Source: an uncultured Candidatus Peregrinibacteria bacterium (GTDB lineage Bacteria > Patescibacteriota > Gracilibacteria > CAIRYL01). From it: a stretch of DNA of 55,069 nucleotides. A program made the position numbers and the translations under genes. The notes under the pieces were generated by a model that was not told the DNA's origin, ran no database searches, and saw only the letters and a list, made by a program, of their open reading frames with translations. Below, piece after piece: positions 47,784 to 55,069 of this stretch (its first letter is position 1; every line of letters begins with the position of its first letter). Location: contig CAIRYL010000168.1 of NCBI GenBank assembly GCA_903882825.1, forward strand, positions 1-55,069, given 5' to 3'.

Positions 47784-48686
47784 ATGTTTTCAGAAATTAT
47801 TTCTAAAATTTTGCATCTAAAAAAACAAAAAAATGCCATTATTTTGGCGCATAATTATATGCGACCAGAAATTTTTGAGGTGGCAGATGCGGTTGGAGAT
47901 TCTTTTGAACTTTCAAAATCAGCACAAGAAATGAAAGGAGATATCATTGTTTTTGCAGGTGTTCATTTTATGGCAGAATCGGCAAAACTGCTCAATCCCT
48001 CTAAAAAAGTTCTTCTTCCTTCTCTTGCGGCTGGGTGTTTTATGGCAGATACCATCACCGCAGAAGGACTGTTACGCCTCAAAAAAAAATACCCAAATGC
48101 TCCCGTTGTGGTGTATATGAACACCTCTGCCGAGGTAAAAGCCCTTTCCACTGCCACTTGTACTTCTTCTAATGCCTTAAAAATTGTAGAAAGTTTCGCG
48201 GAAGATACCATTATTTTTGCTCCCGATAAACATTTATGTGAATTTGTTCAAGACAGGACTCATAAAAAACTTATTCCCTGGGCAGGATTTTGCCATGTGC
48301 ATACCCAGCTTTCGCCCGCTTTTTTGCAGAAAACAAAAGAAAAATATCCAGGTGCGCATGTTCTTTTGCATCCCGAATCGCCCAAAAGGCTTTTCCCTTT
48401 TGCAGAACATATTTGCGGAACGGGTGGGATGAGCCAATACATTCAAAATCATCCCGAAGTGGATACTTTTTTAATTGGAACGGAAGAAGGAATGGTGGGC
48501 AGGCTGAAAAGAGATTTTCCCGAAAAAACATTCGTAGCCCTTATGGGAACTTGTATCAACATGAAGCAAATCACGCTGGACAATATTTTCCGTTCTCTGT
48601 CTCAAGAAAAGTACGAAATTACCATTCGAGATGAAATTTTTGTTCCCGCGCAAAAGTCTTTGGAGGAAATGATGAAGCGGAGTTAG
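47784..48686 (+). CDS. nadA: Quinolinate synthase A
   Basis: ILAHNY, GDSFELS, GVHFMAESAK, AGCFMAD, YMNTSA, CTSSNA, FCHVH, HPE, CINMK. Confidence 0.95.
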   Translation: MFSEIISKILHLKKQKNAIILAHNYMRPEIFEVADAVGDSFELSKSAQEMKGDIIVFAGVHFMAESAKLLNPSKKVLLPSLAAGCFMADTITAEGLLRLKKKYPNAPVVVYMNTSAEVKALSTATCTSSNALKIVESFAEDTIIFAPDKHLCEFVQDRTHKKLIPWAGFCHVHTQLSPAFLQKTKEKYPGAHVLLHPESPKRLFPFAEHICGTGGMSQYIQNHPEVDTFLIGTEEGMVGRLKRDFPEKTFVALMGTCINMKQITLDNIFRSLSQEKYEITIRDEIFVPAQKSLEEMMKRS

Positions 48687-48706
48687 TGGTTTTTTATAAA
48701 TTTATT

Positions 48707-50566
48707 ATGTATTTAAAAAATATTGTTATCAAAAATATTGGACCAATAGAAAATCTTTCGGTTGAGCTTCCTTTTAAAGAAAATGGTGATCCTAAACCTG
48801 TTATTTTTGTTGGTGAAAATGGGTCTGGAAAAACAATTCTACAATCGCAAATAATAGATGGTTTCTATGAAATTGGAAGTTCCTTGTTTGATGATGTTGG
48901 TATTCAAGATGGATTAAAAAGAAATTATTATAAAGTTTCAGGAGGTGTGAATTTACAAACTGGCAAAGATAAGGGATTCTCTCTTTTAAAATTTATTGAT
49001 AGTGAAAATCAAACTTTAGAATATTTTGATAAAGTCGGGGAAGTGAGAAAAGAAGATTTTACAAGCTATATTACAGATTTTTCACTTTCTCCAAATAGTT
49101 CACAAAAATACCAAAAAGAAATAACAGGAATAAACGATACTAAAAAAGAAAAATTACAAAATGAGTGGATTCAGGGTGTTCACTTTTATCAGCCAGCCTA
49201 TAGATACGAAGAGCCTTTTTGGAAAAATGAGTCTTTTGTAGATTATATGAGATTTGAAGATAAAACGAGATTTTCGGGACAACTAGGAAAAGAGTTAGAA
49301 ATAATATCCTCAACAAAGGAGAGTAAATCTTATTTGATGGATTTAGTTTTGGATTTTACAAATTTCTCTAGTTCACAAAGCTCGAAAATCTTGAAACTTA
49401 TACAAAAAAAGATTTCTAATAAAGACTATATCTCGATAGAAGACACAATAAGTGAAGAGTATTCTTCTGACCAAATCACATGGCAAAATATAAATAACAT
49501 TTTAAAGCTGATAAAAAAGAGAGCTGATATTAGGTTTGGCATTGGTCATAGAGGAAGATATAGAGTTAGTATCGTAGAGCAAAATCAAGATGGAATTGTA
49601 AAACAACAATTATTACCAAGTATTGATAACTTATCGCTGGGAGAATCAATTTTATTGAATCTTTTTATAAATATTATTCGTCATGGTGATAATCCACCAA
49701 AAAATACAGCACAAATACAAGGGATTGTTGCAATAGATGAAATAGATGTTCATTTACACACAGATTTGCAAAATTCTGTATTACCAGAACTGATAAAACT
49801 ATTTCCAAAAATTCAATTTATTATTACTACTCATTCTCCTTTGTTTTTATTGGGAATGAAAAAGACTTTTGGTGAAGAAGGATTTGAAGTGAGAAATATG
49901 CCAAAAGGTGATTTGATAACAACGGAAAGATTTTCTGAATTTGAAAATGCCTATAATGTTTTGACGGAAACAGAAAAATTTGAAAACGAGAAAAAATTAC
50001 AAATAGAATCCTCCATAAAACCTGTCCTTTTTGTAGAAGGAGATTATGATATTAGGTATATACGAAAAGCTGCTGAACTATTGAATAAAAATTCCATATT
50101 AGAAGTAATACAAATATTTGATGGAGATGGGTTTGGAAATCTCGATAAAATATGGAAACACTATGATTCAAAGCTCTCAGAAGCTATTCCTCAAAAAGTC
50201 ATATTACTTTTTGATTGTGATACTGGAAAACAAGATACCGAAAAAGGAGTAGTCTTTAAAAGAATAATTCCATCTATAGATGGAAACTTAATAAAAAAGG
50301 GAATAGAAAACCTTTTTCCTACTACACTTATTAATAAAGCAAGAACTCATAAAAAAGCATTTATTGACTTTTTATCAGAAAGTCAATCAGAGATCAGAGG
50401 AGAGACTGTTATTACTCCTGAATCCTATAGAGTCAATAAAGATAAAAAAGGTGATTTATGTAATTGGATTTGCAAAAATGGAACAAAAGATGATTTTAAT
50501 AATTTTGAAAAAATATTTGAGATTATTGAAAGTATAATTCAGAAAAAAATTTTCGTAGAGTCGTAA
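48707..50566 (+). CDS. ABC-type (AAA_15/21) ATPase fused to a TOPRIM domain; OLD-family-like putative nuclease
   Basis: Walker A GENGSGKT, signature LSLGE, Walker B/D-loop IDEIDVHLH, TTHSP; TOPRIM FVEGDYD and DCD; GIEN. Confidence 0.8.
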   Translation: MYLKNIVIKNIGPIENLSVELPFKENGDPKPVIFVGENGSGKTILQSQIIDGFYEIGSSLFDDVGIQDGLKRNYYKVSGGVNLQTGKDKGFSLLKFIDSENQTLEYFDKVGEVRKEDFTSYITDFSLSPNSSQKYQKEITGINDTKKEKLQNEWIQGVHFYQPAYRYEEPFWKNESFVDYMRFEDKTRFSGQLGKELEIISSTKESKSYLMDLVLDFTNFSSSQSSKILKLIQKKISNKDYISIEDTISEEYSSDQITWQNINNILKLIKKRADIRFGIGHRGRYRVSIVEQNQDGIVKQQLLPSIDNLSLGESILLNLFINIIRHGDNPPKNTAQIQGIVAIDEIDVHLHTDLQNSVLPELIKLFPKIQFIITTHSPLFLLGMKKTFGEEGFEVRNMPKGDLITTERFSEFENAYNVLTETEKFENEKKLQIESSIKPVLFVEGDYDIRYIRKAAELLNKNSILEVIQIFDGDGFGNLDKIWKHYDSKLSEAIPQKVILLFDCDTGKQDTEKGVVFKRIIPSIDGNLIKKGIENLFPTTLINKARTHKKAFIDFLSESQSEIRGETVITPESYRVNKDKKGDLCNWICKNGTKDDFNNFEKIFEIIESIIQKKIFVES

Positions 50567-50617
50567 TAGAATTTTATAATTCTTCCCTTTTTCTATGCCC
50601 CAAAATATCCAAGTGTT

Positions 50618-50728
50618 CCCTTTGACAGGCTCAGGAAGCGAAAAAGAAAAAATAGTTATTGAGCTTGTAAAAATAACCGATAAGGCTGGCTGAGCTTGTA
50701 TAATAAGTTGGCTGAGCTTATCGAAGCC
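50618..50728. repeat. Degenerate REP-like inverted repeat cluster
   Basis: CCCTTTGACAGGCTCAGG (50618-50635) faces three TGAGCTT(G/A)T copies (50660, 50691, 50713); the last is GGCTGAGCTTATCGAAGCC. Confidence 0.6.
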
Positions 50729-50746
50729 AGATTTTAATATTTTTTT

Positions 50747-51232
50747 ATGTCTTCCTCTCTTCGCATTCTTGGCATTGATCCGGGCTACGCCACTATTGGT
50801 TTTGCGGTAATTGAAAAAACAGGTCAATCCATCCAAATTATAGATTTTGGGGTTATTACCACATCTTCAAAACTTTTATTTCCAGAGCGTTTAAAAAATA
50901 TTGCGGAAGATATTTCTCAAATAATAAAAAATTTTTCACCCGATTGCATGGCCATTGAAAAACTTTTTTGGGGTGCAAATGTCGATAATGCGATTCGTGT
51001 TGCAGAAAGTAGAGGAGTGATTGTCTTACAATCTGCTCTGTATCATCTTCCTCTTCATGAATTTTCACCCAATGAGGTAAAAAGCCAACTCGTAGGGAAT
51101 GGAAAAGCTCCAAAATTTCAAATTCAAAATATTTTAAAAATGAGGCTTGGTTTACAAGAAATTCCAAAACCAGATGATGCGGCTGATGCCCTTGCTATTG
51201 CACTGGTTGCCAGTGAAATGATGAGCCTCTGA
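50747..51232 (+). CDS. ruvC: Holliday junction resolvase RuvC
   Basis: ILGIDPG, AIEKLF, ESRGV, VK..LVGNGKA.K.QI, DDAADALAIA. Confidence 0.96.
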   Translation: MSSSLRILGIDPGYATIGFAVIEKTGQSIQIIDFGVITTSSKLLFPERLKNIAEDISQIIKNFSPDCMAIEKLFWGANVDNAIRVAESRGVIVLQSALYHLPLHEFSPNEVKSQLVGNGKAPKFQIQNILKMRLGLQEIPKPDDAADALAIALVASEMMSL

Positions 51233-51308
51233 AAAACAAAATTATTTTTACTCTTCCGCAAAATACAAAAATTTCGTATGGTACATTTTGAATACTCTTC
51301 TTCTTTGT

Positions 51309-52916
51309 ATGCAAAAATTTGTTTTCGTAACGGGTGGTGTGTGTTCTTCTCTTGGAAAAGGCATTACCAGTGCTTCTATTGCTATGCTTCTCAAAAGCGC
51401 AGGATACCGAGTTTCTATTCAGAAGCTGGATCCATATTTAAATGTTGATCCTGGGACGATGTCGCCTTTTCAACATGGAGAAGTTTTTGTAACGGAAGAT
51501 GGTGCAGAAACAGATTTAGATTTAGGGCATTACGAACGATTTATTGATGAAAATCTTTTTAAATTTTCTACCGTTACTACTGGAAAAATTTATTCTGAAG
51601 TGCTTCAGAAAGAGAGAAAAGGTGATTTTTTGGGAGGAACCATTCAAGTGGTTCCGCACATTACCGACGCTTTAAAAACAAAGATTTTTTTGGCATCTGA
51701 AAAATCTGGTGCGGATATTCTGATTGCGGAAATTGGTGGGACAGTAGGAGATATAGAAGGAGAGCCATTTTTAGAAGTGGTACGTCAAATGAAAGCAGAG
51801 CTCGGATCTGAAAATGTATTATCGGTTCATTTAACGCTTCTTCCTTTTTTAAAAGCTTCTGGAGAGTTAAAAACAAAGCCCACTCAATTATCGGTTCGAG
51901 AGCTTCGAAGAGTGGCTATTCAACCAGATATTTTGGTATGTCGTGCAGATGCTCATATTCCAGAAGATATTCTTGATAAAATTTCTCGATTTTGTGGTGT
52001 GCCACGAGATTCTGTTTTTCCAGCCGAAACGGTCAGTAGTATTTATTCGGTTCCTTTAGAATTTGAAAAGCGAAACATGGCAGAAATTTTGCAAAAAAAA
52101 CTCGCTCTTCCTGTAAAAAAAACAAAACTTCACGAATGGGAAACCATGGTTCAACGAATTTTTGATACGAAAAAAACAATGTCAGTAGCACTAGTGGGGA
52201 AATATACTGATCTTGATGATGCGTATCTTTCAGTATTAGAGGCACTTTCTTCTGCGGGGTTTGCGAGTGGTGTACGAGTAAAAACGGAGTGGGTGAATGC
52301 TGAAAAATTAGAAATGCAGGATGAGGAAGAATGGAATTTATTACGAAAATGCTCAGGTGTTTGCGTCCCAGGAGGGTTTGGCGGACGCGGAATTGAAGGG
52401 AAAATTTTAGCAGCGGAGTATTGTCGAGAAAATAAAATTCCTTATTTAGGGCTTTGTTTAGGATCACAAATTATGGCGATTGAATTTGCGAGAAATGTAT
52501 GTGGTCTTCAAAATGCCAATTCTCAAGAATTTGATGAATCTTCTCCTCATCAGATAGTTCATTTTTTACCAGATCAACACCAGAAGGTTTCAAAAGGTGG
52601 AACTCTTCGATTGGGTTCGTATCCATGTATCCTCAAAAAAGAGACACGTGCATTTGAGGCATATCAAACACTCGAAATTACAGAAAGACATCGTCATCGA
52701 TACGAGTTTAATAACGAGTATCGCGAGGAAATGGAAAAACGAGGACTTGTTTTTTCTGGAACTTCTCCTGATGGGCATTTGATGGAAATGGTGGAAATTA
52801 CAAATCACCCATTTTATGTAGGATGTCAGTTTCATCCAGAATTTAAAAGTCGTCCTCATCGTCCGCATCCTTTGTTTTTAGCTTTTATAAAAGCGAGTAA
52901 AGCATTATTCTCCTGA
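51309..52916 (+). CDS. pyrG: CTP synthase
   Basis: TGGVCSSLGKG, DPYLNVDPGTMSP, GGTVGDIE, KTKPTQ, GLCLG, RHRHRYE, QFHPEF. Confidence 0.97.
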   Translation: MQKFVFVTGGVCSSLGKGITSASIAMLLKSAGYRVSIQKLDPYLNVDPGTMSPFQHGEVFVTEDGAETDLDLGHYERFIDENLFKFSTVTTGKIYSEVLQKERKGDFLGGTIQVVPHITDALKTKIFLASEKSGADILIAEIGGTVGDIEGEPFLEVVRQMKAELGSENVLSVHLTLLPFLKASGELKTKPTQLSVRELRRVAIQPDILVCRADAHIPEDILDKISRFCGVPRDSVFPAETVSSIYSVPLEFEKRNMAEILQKKLALPVKKTKLHEWETMVQRIFDTKKTMSVALVGKYTDLDDAYLSVLEALSSAGFASGVRVKTEWVNAEKLEMQDEEEWNLLRKCSGVCVPGGFGGRGIEGKILAAEYCRENKIPYLGLCLGSQIMAIEFARNVCGLQNANSQEFDESSPHQIVHFLPDQHQKVSKGGTLRLGSYPCILKKETRAFEAYQTLEITERHRHRYEFNNEYREEMEKRGLVFSGTSPDGHLMEMVEITNHPFYVGCQFHPEFKSRPHRPHPLFLAFIKASKALFS

Positions 52917-53474
52917 TCTTTCTGCGACTTTCTTTAAAAACTCATCCAATTCAGATCGAGATTTTTTATTTTTTGAATCTAAAATATCGAATGAGGTGGT
53001 TTTTATGCCACAAAATCCAAGTCGGAAAAGATTCCAACCCCATCGTGTTAATCCAGGGAATGTTTTAAATACAAATCCTGGTCCGTCACACGTGGTAAAT
53101 ATACGTGCAGTTTTTCCTTTTAAAAGACCTTCGGACTTTCCACCTTCTAAAAATCGGAATGCAAATCCTGCACCAAAATTCATATCAAAGAAGTTTTTTA
53201 AAATAGCCGGCGCATCTCCCCACCAAATGGGAAAAATCAACACCAGTTCATCTGCTTTTGTAATTTTTGATTGTATGTCTTGCACTTTTGGCAAAGTATT
53301 CATGGTTTGTACGTCTTCATACGATAAATAATCTTGCTTCCATTCCGGAGTATACAAATTCATAATTTCACCCGTTTTCCCTGTATTTTGTAATCCGTTT
53401 ATATACGCATGAGCAATTTCATGGGTGAATCCTTTGCTAGATGGGTGCGCGGTAATAATAAGAGAGTGGGTCAT
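52905..53474 (-). CDS. Flavodoxin-fold NAD(P)H dehydrogenase (quinone), KefF/MdaB-like
   Basis: LIITAHP, FPIWWGDAPAILKNFFD, GLLKGK; probable start MTHSLI at 53474. Confidence 0.88.
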   Translation of the reverse strand: MTHSLIITAHPSSKGFTHEIAHAYINGLQNTGKTGEIMNLYTPEWKQDYLSYEDVQTMNTLPKVQDIQSKITKADELVLIFPIWWGDAPAILKNFFDMNFGAGFAFRFLEGGKSEGLLKGKTARIFTTCDGPGFVFKTFPGLTRWGWNLFRLGFCGIKTTSFDILDSKNKKSRSELDEFLKKVAERSGE

Positions 53475-53538
53475 GGAAAAAGGGGTAAAAGAGGTAATAA
53501 GATTTTTTAAGAAGTGATGGAATCTTAGAATTATAAAA

Positions 53539-54294
53539 CTATTTTTCAAAATGAAAACTATTCATAATTTTCGATTCCCAATCTGCATCAGAAGGGTTAG
53601 AACAGTCTTTGCTTCCGCATCCTACTGCTGATGTGCCATTTGATTTTCCTCGTGTAATAACGAGAAGTTTTCTTTGAGGATAAAAAATTTCCGTACGATA
53701 CCCGCATCCTGAGCTTATTGCTTGTTCAAAATATACATTTTCTGGGAGCTTAAAAAATAACTTTTGAGACAGTTCGCCTGTTTCGGCAGAAAAATCGCTT
53801 GTTTCTGAAATTTTGCAATCTTTCCTTTTAGAAAGCTTTTGTACATAGGCTTCTGCTTCTTTTTCGCTGTTAATTTTTGGCATGTACATCCAGTACAAAA
53901 CACCTGGAGAGAAAGGCTCATTTAAGTCTTTTTCTTCAAATTTTTTTGGATTTTTACTACAATCACTTCCTGGCTGATATTTTGTGGTCACAAAAAAAGC
54001 GTCTCCTTTGGTTATAACCTGCGTGGGCATTTTGGGGCATTTGTCATTGTCTACATCATACACAAATGGCGGGTACGAAAAAGAAAACTTTTTTTCTTTA
54101 TTTTTGTAGGTAAGCCATTCTGGTAATGGAGCTAACGTTGGAGTAGGAGTAGAGGGAGGAGTTTGTGGTAGAACTTCTTTTATTTCAGGAGTCGCTTTTC
54201 CAGGGGTTATTTGCGGTTTTTCTGTACAGCCACTAAAAAGAAGAACCAATAAAGAAAGAGCCGTCATTATCAAAATTTTTTTATCAGTCTTCAT
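53539..54294 (-). CDS. Hypothetical lipoprotein
   Basis: Lipobox FSGC, TP-rich linker, W.TY.N....FSFSYP motif, ends IMNSFHF. Confidence 0.8.
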   Translation of the reverse strand: MKTDKKILIMTALSLLVLLFSGCTEKPQITPGKATPEIKEVLPQTPPSTPTPTLAPLPEWLTYKNKEKKFSFSYPPFVYDVDNDKCPKMPTQVITKGDAFFVTTKYQPGSDCSKNPKKFEEKDLNEPFSPGVLYWMYMPKINSEKEAEAYVQKLSKRKDCKISETSDFSAETGELSQKLFFKLPENVYFEQAISSGCGYRTEIFYPQRKLLVITRGKSNGTSAVGCGSKDCSNPSDADWESKIMNSFHFEK

Positions 54295-54310
54295 TGTAAT
54301 GGATCAAAAA

Positions 54311-54385
54311 TGGTGGGTGAGGCGGGATTCGAACCCGCGGCCAATAGCTTAAGAGGCTACTGCTCTACCGCTGAGCTACTCACCC
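54311..54385 (-). tRNA. tRNA-Lys (CTT)
   Basis: GGGTGAG/CTCACCC acceptor stem, GTAGC-CTCTTAA-GCTAT anticodon arm, GTTCGAATC, CCA. Confidence 0.96.
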
Positions 54386-54456
54386 ATTTTTGTGAAGCTG
54401 GAAGATTCTACGAAAACTTTTGGCATGAGCAAAGGTTTTTTGTAAAAATAAAAAAT

Positions 54457-55069
54457 ATGAAACGCAAAACCCTTTTATTGTGGGCATTTATTTCTTTTTT
54501 ATCGGGAGTATTTGTTATGGATATTTGGAGAATGCCAGAATTATTATGGGGTGGGCTTCTTTTTTTCCCGCTCGCCTTTTTCCCAACAATTCCACTTCGT
54601 TCCATTTTTATATGGTCTCTTTTTTTTGTATTGGGGGGACTTCGGATTTTATGGGCTTTATCACCACTTCCTGTGCACCATATTTCATCGGTGGTTTTAA
54701 AAAATACCGACGAACAAGAAATAGAAATGAGCGGTATTGTTGATCGATTTCCAGAAGAATATGCCGATAAAACAAAAATTTTTGTTCGTGCAGAAACAGT
54801 ATTCTTCCAAAATCAAGAAAAATTTGTGTCTGGAACAGTATTAGTAAATATTCCGGCAGACATTTCGGTTCAATACGGAGATCGTATTATAGTTTCTGGA
54901 ATACTCAAAAAACCATTTCTGATTGAAAATTTTAATTATGCACGATATCTGGAAAAAGAAGGTGTATATTCTTATTTCCCCTGGTCACGGGTACAAATTT
55001 CTTTCCCTGGAGATCTTTCTGTAAAAGAAAAATTTTGGAGAAAAATATTTAAGGTACGGACGCCGGTTC
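54457..55069 (+). CDS. comEC: ComEC/Rec2 competence protein, N-terminal DUF4131 part (runs off the window)
   Basis: Manual translation from ATG 54457: TM helices, then OB-fold YGDRIIVSGILKKP...FNYARYLEKEGVY; open to the window end. Confidence 0.82.
   Translation, partial: MKRKTLLLWAFISFLSGVFVMDIWRMPELLWGGLLFFPLAFFPTIPLRSIFIWSLFFVLGGLRILWALSPLPVHHISSVVLKNTDEQEIEMSGIVDRFPEEYADKTKIFVRAETVFFQNQEKFVSGTVLVNIPADISVQYGDRIIVSGILKKPFLIENFNYARYLEKEGVYSYFPWSRVQISFPGDLSVKEKFWRKIFKVRTPV

Noticed and set aside
1..55069. Alternative genetic code (TGA=Gly as in some Gracilibacteria)
   Set aside because: Conserved genes are full length in code 11, and TGA acts as a stop (e.g. ruvC, DUF475 gene).

Overview
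Low-GC bacterial chromosomal segment in the standard genetic code (TGA is used as a stop). The gene repertoire, ribosomal protein forms and surface proteins suggest, by inference, a Patescibacteria/CPR organism (Peregrinibacteria/Gracilibacteria-like). Most of the window is housekeeping genes without operon structure: ctpA-like S41 protease, rpmG, nth, argF, miaB, purC, fba, argJ, recG, trxB, aspS, leuD, hflX, rpmB, trpF, trpA, tgt, dnaJ, proS, nadA, ruvC, pyrG and a partial comEC. There are four tRNAs (Tyr-GTA, Pro-TGG, a CAT-anticodon tRNA, Lys-CTT) and several large exported or surface proteins. The most notable observations are: (1) two near-identical tandem tRNA-Tyr-derived units downstream of tRNA-Tyr, in which the substitutions that destroy the cloverleaf create a long hairpin while the CCA-ending 3' tail is kept; (2) an unassigned RHH-antitoxin/toxin-like gene pair; (3) a foreign-looking membrane-protein gene between aspS and trxB, followed by a diverged copy of its own 5' end; (4) a solo ABC-ATPase-TOPRIM (OLD-like) gene followed by a degenerate REP-like element; (5) a trpF with no canonical start codon ahead of its conserved N-terminal motif; (6) a nucleotide-translocase-like/HEAT fusion. 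No CRISPR array, rRNA, transposase or integrase was seen.
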